In this document: one piece after another, positions 49,567 to 62,754 of the stretch
How the letters are laid out: the number at the start of each line of letters is the position of its first letter
Position numbering within the stretch: position 1 is the first letter of the stretch
Source: Octopus bimaculoides
Taxonomy: Eukaryota
Reading direction: 5' to 3'
DNA: 64,000 bases
Assembly (NCBI RefSeq): GCF_001194135.2
Contig: NC_068987.1
Span: 60,626,085-60,690,084, forward strand
Notes under the pieces: model-generated
Databases searched by the model: none
Told to the model about the DNA's origin: nothing
Seen by the model: only the letters and a program-made list of their open reading frames with translations
Position numbers and translations under genes: made by a program

Positions 49567-50395
49567 CACAAATCACACACACACACACACACATATACAC
49601 ACCTCTTTCTGCTTAATTAAAAACTCTCTTTCCAGACTTGAATTTAGAGTAACAACAGATTTTTAAATATTGTCTCTAAGTTATGATGTGAATGAGCTCA
49701 GGTGTTTCCAATTAGTATTGTTGATTAACAAATCAAATATAATAACAAAATAAAGCAAATATTTTATTCAAGAAAGAATAGGTCAAAAATCAACTGGAAG
49801 TGCCAGAAAATCATTAATAGCTGTTTAATTTCAGACAAGCTGTCAACATCTGTTAAATAGTATCACAAGAATAAGCTTACTAATCAAGTTAAAATGCATA
49901 TATTACATCAGACATGTGTGAAAAGGTTTCAAGCATCCAAGTGGTAAAACTTGTAGCTGTCTTGACCAGCATTCGTAACTCTCTGTTCATTAGTACTTAG
50001 CCACTTAACTGGAGTCAATAACTTCTGAAGTCAAACGTTTCAGATGTTGTAGTACCTTCGTAATGATGGGACTTCCTGTCTGTCACAACCAATATTAATA
50101 GTGGCGTGACAAAGCAAGTGTTTCATTCATACCCATTGGCTACCTCCTGTAACTTCTAAGAATTGAACACGTCCATATTTTCTCTTATTCGTTACACTCA
50201 TATTTCTGTCATCTCTTTTCTCTTTAAGCACAACGCTTCTTACATAGACCTGCTAATTGGTGAAAAATTTCTTCCTCCCTATATATATATATATATATCA
50301 TTCTCATTATCTTTCTCACTTTCTCGCACATAACCTTGCTGGAACTTATTCATTTATTTTCTGTCTTGTTTTGAATAACTGTATGGCATTAACAG

Positions 50396-50414
50396 TTGAA
50401 CCACCTAAAGAACG
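50396..50414 (+). CDS. Candidate 19-nt micro-exon (xEPPKER)
   Basis: Pyrimidine tract tttattttctgtcttgttttg, acceptor ttaacag, donor ACG|GTAAGA. Confidence 0.3.
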
Positions 50415-50744
50415 GTAAGAGCTTTGAATATTTTCAAAATTATATTTTGCTAACACCAAATTTTAAATTTCATAACTGTTTACTGTTCTAGAACTGATAT
50501 ATTGTTGTTGTTGTTGTTGTTGTTATAGTAAATAACATGCTAGACAAAAACACCCTGCATTTTGAGTTCAAATCTTACCAAAGTTCACTTCACTTTTCTT
50601 TTTCTTTCTGCCTTCCTGGGGTGATAGAATAAGTGCAAGGGAAATTCTGGAGAAAATTCAGTTAACTCATTCATGTTTTTGTAATATTCTGAGACCTTTC
50701 CTTCCTTCAGTATGTCTATGCCATCTCTTTTCTCAATAAAGTAA

Positions 50745-51345
50745 GGTACCAGTCATTTCTTAAGCCAATATCACCAACTTGCCCCTTCCCATAAAATTGC
50801 TGGCATTGAGCCAAAATTTGAAACCATTATTTTTTTCCTGTACCTTTGTATAGACCTGTATCATCCCCAAAATGTTTTGTTGACCGTTTGCAAGCTGGCA
50901 TAACTGTTAGCACATAGACAAAATTTCTTATGGTTTTATATTCTGAGTTCAAATTCCATTGAGGTTGACTTTATCTTTTATCATTTTGGATTCAATAGAA
51001 TAAGTACCAGTTGAGCATTGTGGTTGCTGTAATCGACTGGCTCCCTCCCCACAAATTTTAGGCTTTGTGCCTGTAATTCAAAGCATTATTATTATTATTA
51101 TTATCATTATTAATATAAATGGTGGCGAGCTGGCAGAATTGTTACCATGTCAGGGTAAAATGCTTAGCGGCATTTCTTCTGACTTTGCGTTTCAGAGTTC
51201 AAAATGTCATGGAGGTCGACTTTGCCTTTCATCCTTTTGGAGTTGATAAAATAAGTATCAGTTAAGTACTGGGGTCGATGTAATCAATTAGTACCCTTCC
51301 CCAAAATTTACTGGCCTTGTGCCAAAACTTGAATTCGTTATTATC
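50745..51345 (+). mobile_element. SINE-A array alpha-beta-alpha
   Basis: Tails at about 50800, 51060 and 51310 alternate. Confidence 0.8.
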
Positions 51346-51729
51346 ATTATTAATGTTGTTGCTATAGTGCAAGTTGTTTTGTGTTTTTTTCTTTTAAGCT
51401 ATAACATAATTAAAGACTAACAGCTGCAATAAACATAACTTTCAATGAAATGTTTCTTATTAAGTTGAAAAAGGTGCAATGATAAGTAATTTTATACTAT
51501 ACTGAACAAAACTAATGATGAGATTTTGTACAAGACTTTGATTCTAATAATAAATTAGAACTACGTAGAAAACAGTATTGTTGTTGACGTTGTCATGGTT
51601 ATTTGTTATGTTTTTATTTTAACAATCTTGATGGAAGCATAAAATGTGTATACATTTAACAGATCTTAGTGAAATGCAATACTGTTTTCTATGAATTATT
51701 ACAGGTATTCTTTTTGTTTTATAATATAT

Positions 51730-51732
51730 ATA

Positions 51733-51763
<31 letters not shown>

Positions 51764-51771
51764 TGTGTGTG

Positions 51772-51811
<40 letters not shown>

Positions 51812-52209
51812 AANNNNNNNNNNNNNNNNNNNNNNNNNNNNNNNNNNNNNNNNNNNNNNNNNNNNNNNNNNNNNNNNNNNNNNNNNNNNNNNNNNNNNNN
51901 NNNNNNNNNNNNNNNNNNNNNNNNNNNNNNNNNNNNNNNNNNNNNNNNNNNNNNNNNNNNNNNNNNNNNNNNNNNNNNNNNNNNNNNNNNNNNNNNNNNN
52001 NNNNNNNNNNNNNNNNNNNNNNNNNNNNNNNNNNNNNNNNNNNNNNNNNNNNNNNNNNNNNNNNNNNNNNNNNNNNNNNNNNNNNNNNNNNNNNNNNNNN
52101 NNNNNNNNNNNNNNNNNNNNNNNNNNNNNNNNNNNNNNNNNNNNNNNNNNNNNNNNNNNNNNNNNNNNNNNNNNNNNNNNNNNNNNNNNNNNNNNNNNNN
52201 NNNNNNNNN

Positions 52210-52270
<61 letters not shown>
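51730..52270. other. (TA)n microsatellite containing a 396-N assembly gap (51814-52209)
   Basis: Seen directly; the four long ORFs here are artefacts. Confidence 0.97.
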
Positions 52271-52272
<2 letters not shown>

Positions 52273-53774
52273 ATACATGTGTGTGTGGCATGGGTTAGAT
52301 GGTTTGATTGAAACTGGTAAGTTGGAGAGCTGTACCAAGTTCTGATCTGATTTGGTAAGGTTTCTATGGCTGGATACCCTTCCTAACACCAACCATTCCA
52401 AGAGTGTAATGGGTGCTTTTTACATTACACAAGAACCAGCCACAAAGTTGTGTGTCTCAGGGGCTGAAAGTTGCGTGCCTTGTACTTATCTCTTTGATGT
52501 AAACTTTGAAGCTGAATAAAAAAAATATACATACGCTTTTATTATATATTTTATGATTTCGCTTTGCCATAGTAGAACCAATAGCCAGTTGTTAGAACTC
52601 AGTATATTCTTATGTACTGAGTTCTATTCTTTGTTTGTTCCATCAAACCTATTTACCTATCATTTTGTATGTCTGTTCAATTTTGTCTGGTCTAGAAAGT
52701 GTAGCATAGCCTAACCTTGCCTAGTTTGGCTAAGGCTGACCTAGCTTGTAGAGAAGGATACAGGTAGCTGTTTGAATCAGTTCAAATACATGCTTGGAAC
52801 TTCTCTGATATGATACAAATAAAAGGCAAACCTAACTCGAACAAGATTTGAAATCAGAATATAGAGAAACATGAGTACCATAATCTACTTCTGCCACTCC
52901 ATCACCACTTTGTAGTATTTAGTATCATCTCATCTCATCTCTATTCGTTGTTCTAAGTTCAAACCTTACTAGTTTCCTATTCCTTCAATCTCACTAAAAT
53001 AAGTACCAGTAACATGCAAGGGTCATTTCAAATAACTCTAATACTCTTCAGTACTGAAATTGGCCCTTTGGTTGTCACTTGTTATTCATATAATTATCTA
53101 ACAGGGTCTCTATGGTTATTTTCTTGAAAGGGATTTGGTGGAATCTGTTTTAGATAAAGGAAACAATTATCAGTGGCCAGGTTAGAAGTTTTGTGTAAAA
53201 ATTTTGATATTCTATACACTGGTGTACCAGTTGAGCACTGGGGGTCGATGTAATCGATTTAACTACTCTTGGGCTAGAATATAAAAACTGCAGTCCACTA
53301 CCAAGCCATTTTGAGCCAGTGTGGCAGAGTAGGCTCATCAAACCAGTATGATCTCAAGCTCTGATTCATGGCTTTCACATTGGACTCTGATTGATGGAGA
53401 GAACATGCTGAGGCCTTCATCCTACAGTAGACTGAACATAGAAAATCCAGTCCAATACTCTAGTGTAGTGGTTAAGACGACTGTATGGTTTACAGCAAAC
53501 ACAGCATCTAAATCCTGCAGGCAATTTTAGAACTTTGAAACACAGGCTTGGTTATGTGGCTTAGGAGTTCACTTATTAATCATATGACTTTGGTTTTAAT
53601 CCCACTACTCTGTTATTTTCTCAAGCGTCTTCTACTATAGACCTTGGCCTACAAATATCTTGTGAAGGAATGTGATACATGAAAAATGCAAGAGCCCATT
53701 TTGTGAGTATGTGTGTGTGTGCTTGTGAATGTTAATGATCTGTGCTGCACTACAGCTGCTAATGTTGATATTTA

Positions 53775-53947
53775 TTGTAATGTTCATTTATTCACATTGT
53801 TTTGAATTAATCTTACATCATCACATTGCTTTCAATGATGTGATTGTTTATTCTTAAAATGACCTTGTAGGGAAGGTGTGAGAGGTTGGATCTGGTGGTT
53901 TGTGTAGAATATTTGGGTTGGATATGGTTAGTTTAAATGCTAAAGGG
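53775..53947 (+). mobile_element. MITE-C 3' part
   Basis: Ends tttaaatgctaaaggg|ttaa. Confidence 0.8.
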
Positions 53948-54441
53948 TTAAATCATTCTGTGTCTAACGCTTTTGTATCAAAGGAAAACAGATGTCAAAC
54001 AAGCAAATGCTTTAATAAATATAAAACACCAAAAAAACTAACAGTGCATGTTTTTTTTGTTTTTGTTTTTTTTTTTAGTAATTGTCCAATATGGTTACCA
54101 TAAGACTTACAGCTGCTTATAGTCACATTCAATCTCTTGTCAAACAAGTTCAACGAAAGGCTAACTTTCAGTTTCATTAACTGATGACTATAAGTGAATC
54201 TGTCTCCATTCATCAGTTCATTCATTTACTAAATGTAGTACTTGGTTTTTTTTTTAAAAACAAAATCGGGGGGAGCAGGGGTGGGGTATACATTTGCTTA
54301 CACCTCCATCCACCCACAGTATTTGATTGGCATATACTTTATCAAACCTAAAATGAGGAAAGGCATTGTGAAAATATTTAGAAGGGTGTAACTAAATATT
54401 CTAAAAATGTTCACTGGTTTTTCTATTATATTTAATAATAG

Positions 54442-54478
54442 CGTAACAGATGATATACATGATGGTGCACCCTATATG
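54442..54478 (+). CDS. Candidate 37-nt exon (xVTDDIHDGAPYM)
   Basis: Acceptor tttaataatag and donor ATG|GTGAGC. Phase-compatible with 50396-50414. Confidence 0.3.
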
Positions 54479-54699
54479 GTGAGCTCTCTAACAATTAGAT
54501 TTTGATATGACATGTTCGTACACATGGTTATTGTCTTAATAGCAGATAAACACAAAACAAAAAGGGAAGGTTAAAAAAAAGGCTGAACATTTCACAAATA
54601 TTATTTTACTCTATTTTCTTCTTTGGAATTCATTGCAAATAGTATTTTTCTAATCATTGTTGTATGTATATCTCTACAATTTATGCCGCTATTATCATT

Positions 54700-55111
54700 G
54701 ACCTGACAGATTTGTTAGCATGTCAGGCAAAATGTTTAGAAGCATTTCATCCGTCTTTATGTTCTGAGTTCAAATTCCACTGAGGTTGACTTCGCCTTTC
54801 ATCCATTTGGGGGGTTGATAAAATAAATACCAGTTGAGCACTGAGATTGATATAATCGACTTGCCCCCACCTTCAAACCTGCTGGCCATGTGTCAAAATC
54901 TGAAACCATTATAAGGCAGCAAGCTGGCAGAATCGTTAGGATGCCAGGCAAAATGCTTAGCATTATTACGTCCATCTTCACGTCCCGAGTTCAAATTCCA
55001 CTGAGGTCGACTTTGCCTCTCATTCTTTCAGGGTTATTGAAACGCTCGAGGTTGATGTAGTCGACTAGTCTCCTCCCACAGATTTCAGGCCTTGTGCCTT
55101 TAGTAGAAAGG

Positions 55112-55146
<35 letters not shown>

Positions 55147-55592
55147 GGCAGTGAGCTAACAGATTCATTAGTATGCTAGGCATTTTGTCCATCTTTATGT
55201 TCTGAGATCTATTTACATTGAGGTCAAGTTTGTTACCATCCTGTCAGCATCTATAAAATAAGTACCAGTTGAGCATAGGTGTTGATGTAATTGAACTTGC
55301 CTACCTCCTTCGAAATTGCTGGCCTTGTGCCAAAATTGGAAATTAAAATTATCGTTATTGTTATTACAAATGTAGTGGGCTAGCATAATTGCTAATACAT
55401 CAAGTGAAATGCCTAGTGGTATTTATTTCGACTTTACATTCTAAGTTCAAATTCTGCCAAAGTCAACTTTACCTTTCATTCTTTCAGGTTTGATAAGTTA
55501 CATACTAGTTGAGCTCTGGGGTCAATATAATCTACTAGCTCCTCCCCACAAATTTCAGACCTTGTGCTTCTTGTAGAAAGGATTATTATTAT
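54700..55592 (+). mobile_element. SINE-A array alpha-beta-alpha-beta
   Basis: Four head-to-tail copies starting at about 54700, 54912, 55145 and 55372. Confidence 0.88.
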
Positions 55593-55731
55593 TTTCATTA
55601 AAGTTAAGTGTACTTGATATTTCTCCTATTTTGCTACAAGATCTTAATATTCAAATATTTAGTCCTGACATACAAAATGCAAACAGTTTATTCATAATTA
55701 TGCCATAGTTTTTTATAACAAATTATTTTAA

Positions 55732-55921
55732 CCCTTTTGTTGCCTTTTTTCTGTTAACTCATGCTGCCTTTGTTTCAATTAATCTTTAAACTAGTGAAGT
55801 ATTAACATAAAATTTTGATGGAAGATCATAATTTAGACCACTTTAAAATAGTAAATCTATATCATAGACCCTGGGTTACTGTCATGCAAAAGTATGTGTT
55901 GTTAGCATGAATTAAAAAGGG
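55732..55921 (+). mobile_element. MITE-D copy
   Basis: TTAA|CCCTTTTG...AAAAAGGG. Confidence 0.7.
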
Positions 55922-57854
55922 TTTTTTTTTGCAAATAAATTATTTAATAGCCAGTATACTATACTGTCTTCTTGATAGTAGTTATAAAACAATCGTCTAT
56001 GGGTAGGTTTCGGTAGTAGAAGTGCTTTTAGGTTTTCAAAATGTTGGTATTGTTGAATCTAAAGAACTGTAACCTATTAATATATTTCCTGTCTTTGTAG
56101 TGCTGTTTAAAAGGATACGTATTCTCTACAGAAGAGCCTTTACTCATTACTAATAATTACAATCTTATTTCATTTTGCTGTCATTTTAGGCTGTAATTGG
56201 TTTGCCCTATCTTCTACATGATTAGTCAAACTCAAGATGGCTGTTTAGCTTCAGAGTAGGTTAGTTTTGATTAGCACTGGTTAGCAAAGCTCATATAAAC
56301 TTGACACAGAAATAGCACCAACCTCCAATATCTTGAAAATGCAAGGTATTCAGCATATCAGTTTGATTTAAACGTTATCATTTAATCAACATTTTTGATA
56401 TGATTTTATCCTGTCCTAAATTGTAACCCATTCAGTTTTAAAATGTTGGACTTCATGGCTTGTCTTTTGAAAATGCTAGGAAGTTGTTTCAAGTAAGATT
56501 TGACTGCTACATTAAGCAAGTCAAATAACTTCATAAATATTCCATTGCTGGCTTACTAGCTGTCTGTGAATTAGTTACATGTGGCAATTTTCTACATACT
56601 AACATTTAATATTACTGTTATTCTTTTGATTACCATATTAAATTATTGTGATTTTTGCTCGATGTAAAGGAGATAATTGGAGGGGTGGGGTCCTGTACTG
56701 GAAAATACTATCTCCTTCGTAGCATGTTAGAATTGATGAAATGTTTGTATAGTCACAATGATGAGGATGCTGATCCTGGCAATTTTGGTTCGGATGACGA
56801 TGTTACTACTGATAAGGGTGATGATCAAAAGCAAGAACATGAATCAATGTTTTTTCAACCAGGGTGCTTGCAGTACATGATGATGCTACCAAAAATAGTG
56901 TCTAAGGGTGCTGGAAGATAATCATCGGAATTTCACTACCATATTCCATAAGCTTTGGTACATGGGTAAAAGGAAAACACACTTTTGAATAGGTGTGTCA
57001 CAGATGAAGATATGATTTGATGAAGTGTCAGTGTATCATTGAAGAAACTAATTACATAAAAATGAACGTGATAAATGCAGACTTTATGTATAAGAAATTA
57101 TACTAATTTTTACCTTATACTTGTTTTAGTTATTGAACTGCAGCCCAGATGGAGGGAGGGGGACACTATTTTGAAGGCTTTAGTTAAACAAATCGACTCC
57201 TGTACTTTTTTTAATCTACCAGTCTCTTTTGGAGAGCCACAAAGTTACAGGAACATAAACAAACCAACACCAATCTTCAGACAGTGAGGGGAACAAACAT
57301 ACACACACACACACTCACACTGGGTTTCTTCAGAGTTCTCATCTACCAAATTCAGTCACAAGTACATTTGGCTGACCTGGGACTGTATTAAAAGACTCTT
57401 GTCCATGCTGCTGTGCAGTGGGATTGAGCCTGAAACCACATGGTCTCAAAGTGACCTTCTTAACCACACAGCCATGTCTCACTTGTTTTATGAAATTATC
57501 TGTAAAGGCTGTGTTAATTTACTTAATTTATGATAGGAGTCACACTGTCATCAGTCTCAGTGTCATTTAGTTCTTTTCTGTTATTCAATCCTTTTTTTTA
57601 TCATAGTTCTGCTGGAACTTACCACCTTTGTTTCAATTAATTTTGAAAATAACAAAAATTTAGTAAAATAACTGTCATTATGAAGTTGCTATATGAAACA
57701 TAAGTTGATATGAAATTTTGATACGAGGGTTTTATTTAGATTACTTTAAAACAGGAAGTTTGTATCGTTGAACTAGGAGCAGATTGGTGCCAAAAAAAAG
57801 GCTAAGGGCAGTTCCAGAGCATTATACCCTGGAACATACTCCTAGATTCTCGGC

Positions 57855-58056
57855 ACAGACATAGCTGTGTGGTAAGAAGTTCACTTCCCCGCCACAAGGT
57901 TCCAAGTTCAGTCTCAGTGACAGGCATCTTGGACAAGTGACATCTACTGTAACCTTGGGCCAGCCAAAGCCTTGTGAGTGGATTTTGTGATGGAAATTGA
58001 AAGAAGCATATATATATATATATATACACACACACATACACACACACACACACACA
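57855..58056 (+). mobile_element. 5' half of a head-3 SINE, ending in (CA)n at the Helitron insertion
   Basis: Head plus (TA)n(CA)n; a matching 3' half with T1 tail lies at about 59040-59305. Confidence 0.75.
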
Positions 58057-58855
58057 CTAGCTGACATACCTGGTAATTCCCAGGAAAGCGGGTCTTATCC
58101 CTTGGTTCCATTCTCATAATTGTTTTGCTAATCTGTCATACACAGGATCTTGTTTTTAGGAATCCCCAATAAGTTATGAATACCCAAATTGTGAAGTCAG
58201 TTATGTAATATCATGAAATTAGTTACTCAATAGTAAGAATTCAAATAAAGCAGCCACGAAAAGGGCTTTAATGTCTTCTCAGAGTATATAGAACTTAGGA
58301 GGAAATACTAATAAAGTCTGTATACTAAAATCGTGAAGCATGTTACGTAATATCAGGCTAATTAGATATGAGATAATAATTCAAAGTAAATAACTCTGAA
58401 AAGGGCTTTTGTGCATTCCCAGAGAATATTACCCTCAGTGATGCTATTGTTGGAATATTCGTGAATAAGTCACTAACCAAAATAAGCGGATCTATTGTTT
58501 AGGAAAATACTATTCACTTGTTTAAGGGTTGTACTGGGTAAATTGCGAAAATAACTCTAACAGTTCAAATGCTAAGAAATAAACATACCAATTTGATTTA
58601 TACCAAATGATTTAGGCAAATGAATGGGTTATTTCCCTTGGCTGTTGAAATGAAATGTATTAGATATATATAAGGATCCCTTCCAGGGGCCCTATTGTAA
58701 ATTTTTTTCAACAATCTGAGTATGCCATGAGGTTTCCAGACATAAGTTCTACTCATGTGTCAAGTTTCATCAAAATCAATAAAACGATGTAGGGGGAGTT
58801 AGCTAACAACTCCACAAACACACCCACAGACAGAATTTCCCACATATGTAGTAGA
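58057..58855 (-). mobile_element. Non-autonomous Helitron, 799 bp
   Basis: On the minus strand it has a 5' A|TC start and a 3' CTAG|T end. A hairpin CCTGG-TAATTC-CCAGG lies 8 nt from the CTAG and there is no TSD. It has a Lep1-like aagtttcatcaaaatc...acagacag block and an internal ~140-bp tandem duplication (about 58160-58440). Confidence 0.85.
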
Positions 58856-59894
58856 TTATGTAGGTAGGGTACAATTCAAGCTGTGTCCTCTTGAAGTATA
58901 TCTGCTTATTCCAGTATTTAAAATCTATTATGTAGTTGTTGTCTTTGTTGCATTGATGTAAGGTACATATTACAGATGAAAATTCTCAAAATATTGCTTG
59001 CAGAGTTATTATATATCAAAACAGATTCTTGTTTTGTTATATGTATCTATACATCTATGTGTGTGTGTTTGTTAGTCCCATCACCACTGTTTGATAACTG
59101 GTATTAGTTTACACAGTTCTATATTTAAGAGTATTAGTTTGTTAACATCTTCATAACTTAGCAGTTTGGCAAAAAAGATTGATAAAATAAGTACCAGACT
59201 TAGAAAATATTAAAGTACTAGGGTCAATTTATTTGACTAAACCTTTCAAGGTGGTGCTCCAGCATGGCCACAGTCTAATAACTGAAACAGGTAAAAGATA
59301 AAAGAGAACACTAGTTTTAATATTGTCATCCTGTTTTATATTTCAGAGCAATTGTTGAGCTAATGTAACATTTGTAATTCTTTTATTCTCAAACAGTTGT
59401 CATTCTACTGTCGTATATTCTTAGAATCTAAAGTATGTGTTAGTAGTTATTTCTTTTAGGGCAAAATTATTTTGTTTTTCTGCTAGAATACAATATGAGT
59501 AACAGCTGATAACCATCTCAACTAAACAGATTTGTACACACACTCCCTCTCTGTTTCTCCTTCTCTAACCCTCCCGCACTCTCTACATATATAACACATA
59601 CACTTACAGACATGTACAAAGTGTCTCCTCAGAAATAATATTTGCAATCTGTAATGATTTGGGAATTGAGTTTTGGAAAGGTAGGGGTAGGAAATGTAGA
59701 ATTAATGAAATTAAATCAATAAGAAAATAAATAGATGCTTAGTGCTATGTTTGTAATATTTGATTGCATTTCACCCTCATCTCTCTCTAAACGCACACAC
59801 ACAGCTGTATGCATGTATGTATGTGTGTGTTTGTCAAAAGGGAGGGGGCCCAAGAAGGTGTTTATGTCTGTGTACAATTACATAGGCACCTTAA

Positions 59895-60120
59895 CCCTAT
59901 AGCATCCAGACTATTCTATCAAATGTAATGCTTATATATTAACTTTGTTTTGAATTATTCATTCATTATCTCATAGCTTCAAGATGATGATGATGATGAT
60001 GTGATTGTTTATTTTTAGAATGACATTGTAGGTTACGTGTGAGAGGCCAGATCTGGTTGCTTTGAACATAAAGCAGGTAGAATATTTTGACCTGATACGG
60101 CTAGTTTAAATGCTAAAAGG
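59895..60120 (+). mobile_element. Full-length MITE-C
   Basis: TTAA|CCCTATAGCAT ... AATGCTAAAAGG|TTAC. Confidence 0.85.
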
Positions 60121-60269
60121 TTACACAATTAGCAAAAGCATGGTTTGTATCACCAGATCAAGCTTGCTTGCGAGTAAAAGCTGACTGTATAGATATGCAT
60201 ATATACATACACACTCTCACATATACATCCATATGTTGGTCTTGTCAACTGAGTAGAATATGCTTCACT

Positions 60270-60450
60270 GAGGAGGTTGGCATTAGGAAGGGTGCACCCA
60301 CTACACTCGGAGTGGTTGGCATTAGGAAGGGCATCTAGCTGTAGAAACTCTGCCAAATCAGATTGGAGCTTGGTGTAGCCATCTGGTTCACCAGTCCACA
60401 ATCAAATCGTCCAACCCATGCTAGCATGGAAGGTGGACGTTAAACGATGA
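60270..60450 (+). mobile_element. RTE LINE 3'UTR fragment with a duplicated 5' junction
   Basis: ggttggcattaggaaggg occurs twice; ends ggacgttaaacgatgaagat. Confidence 0.85.
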
Positions 60451-61229
60451 AGATCCAGTCATAGAAAACAAACCAAATCAGGCTAGTACCTGGTGCAGCA
60501 CTCCTGCTTGCCTCCTCCTGTCAAACTGTCCAAACCATGCCAGCATGGAAATTTTATGTTAAAGAGTGATGATGAGGAATCAAAACATGTCCATTGCTTT
60601 CACCAGTTGATTAAAGAACCAGTTGATTCATTCTCATTACTTCATTTTCTATCATTTAAAAATATTTTTAGTTAAATTAATTTATTACAGCTATTTCCTT
60701 TACTGGTTGTTTATAGAATTTCGATCAGATTTTAGAGAAGGTTTTTTTTGTTCTGCTACTTGCATGAATAATCGCAGTTAATCTAAGGTTTACTGATGTG
60801 TTACATATGTGAAACCCTAACCTCTTCTGAGGTATTTTCCCACAACCGTATTTTTGCTATATGTTTATATACGTAGGTGTGTGATATATACATATACGTA
60901 TGTACGTGTATGTGTGTGTGTATGTGGGTTTCTTCATGTATATTCATGCTGTCACAGTAATGCAAGCCATAGACTATAAAGGAAACAGCCACTTACACTG
61001 CTATTATTATTATTATTATTATTATTATTTTACATTTCTGTTGTTTTACATTAGCTAAGCTAAATGATGAAGCACTCTGCAGACATCAACACTTGGTTTG
61101 TTAATTTCTCACACTTTACTTAGAAACAAGGTCACCACATCTTAAATTCACCAATATGACTAAATTAGGACATGTCACTCACTACTTGGTCTCTTATTAT
61201 ACTTTATTATTATTATTATTATTATTAGC

Positions 61230-61700
61230 TGACAAAATTGAAGCACATTGGGCAACATGTTTAGCTGCATTTCATCCTTTATGTTCTGAGTTCAAGTTCT
61301 GTCAAAGTCAAGTTTACCTTTCATCCTTTCAGGGCCGATAAAATAAGTACCAGTTGAGTACTGGAGTCAATGTAATTGACTCTCCCCCTCCACCAAATTT
61401 CAGGCTTTGTGCCTATAGTAGAAAGGATTATTATTATCATTAAGGTGGCAAACTGGCAGAATTGTTAACATGCTGGGTAATGCTTGGCAGCATTTCGCCC
61501 GTCTTTACATTCTGAGTTCAAATTCCACTGAGGTTGACTTTGCATTTCATCCTTTCTGGGTCGATAAAATAAATACCAGTTGAGTACTGGGGTTGATATA
61601 TTTGACTCATCCCCTTCCCCCAAAGTTGCTGGCCTTGTGCCAAAATTTGAAACTATTTTATTATTATTATTATTATTATATTATTATTATTATTATTATT
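61230..61700 (+). mobile_element. SINE-A array beta-alpha with long (ATT)n
   Basis: Tails tttcaggctttgtgcctatagtagaaagg, then ttgctggccttgtgccaaaatttgaaac. Confidence 0.85.
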
Positions 61701-62754
61701 ATATTAGTTTTAGATTATACTGTCTCTTTTTTCCCCCTCTCTCTCTTTTAATCTGTTTGAAATAGAAATTATATATTATATACCAAAACTGATCAGGATT
61801 GCATGGGAAGGTGGGGCAGTCACGAAATGAAGACTCTGATGGTGTCTAACCTTGACTCACTTCATTGAAAGAATTCTTAAATTCATGTTAAATTCTTCTG
61901 GGAATATGATCAGACAATAGCATCCACTGAACTGAGAGAGCCCATCCCACAGTTACATGATAGCATACCCATGCTATTTACTGTCAAAGAACTCTACCTA
62001 CTTACAGCCTGTGGGACAAGGATATCAAAGGTTAAAGGGTTAATCAAAAGACATGGCACTCTACCAGTAACTGTGTAATCAATCATGTGATCTCTTGCCT
62101 GGAACCAATGGTTCTGTTATTAATTGTTTGATTTATAGTCTGGTAATTGATTGTTAATTGTAGCTCTTAACTGTTTGAAAAGGTGATTATAATTAATTAA
62201 TGCTTTGTGTTTTTATGCCCTGTGATGGGCACTCAAAAACTCCTGATGGAATGTAGGGGCTACATTGTATCATACTTGATACATACTTGGATACTTTTAG
62301 ACTTTGGCGGAACACATCCCTCTTCAAGTTTGACCACAGTCAATTTATTCCAGAAACATCGACACAGAGACATAGTCAGAGAAGAGGATCAACTCTAGTA
62401 CAAGATTGGTATTCTACTTATTAATCCTGAAAGGATGATAAGCAGTGTCTACCATGGGATTTGAACCCAGAGCATAGAGAGTCAGAATGGTTGCTGCAAA
62501 GCTATCTATCAGACTCTCAAACAACACTTCCAATTAGCTACCTTACTGTTTTTTTATTAATTATTTTGAATATAAATTACTGCAACATTAACACTGACAT
62601 CTATTTCTACAAAAAGTGAAGCAACACAAACTTCACTCTCTCTCTCTGTTTCTATAATTTCTCTTCTTTGAAAAGCTTTTGAACGATTTCTAGTTTATTT
62701 CATTTTGATATGCCTATCAAAGGAGTTCCTTGGCACAATTATATATCATCGTCA

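Noticed and set aside
50060-50115. ETS-like acttcctg, CCAAT and gtggcgtgac motifs close together
   Set aside because: Short motifs expected by chance; no transcript start evidence.
51619-52401. Longest ORFs in the track (190-260 aa)
   Set aside because: Made of (TA)n and an N gap; not coding.
56655-56921. 88-aa ORF with an acidic stretch
   Set aside because: The acidity comes from GAT-rich low complexity; no convincing splice pair or homology.
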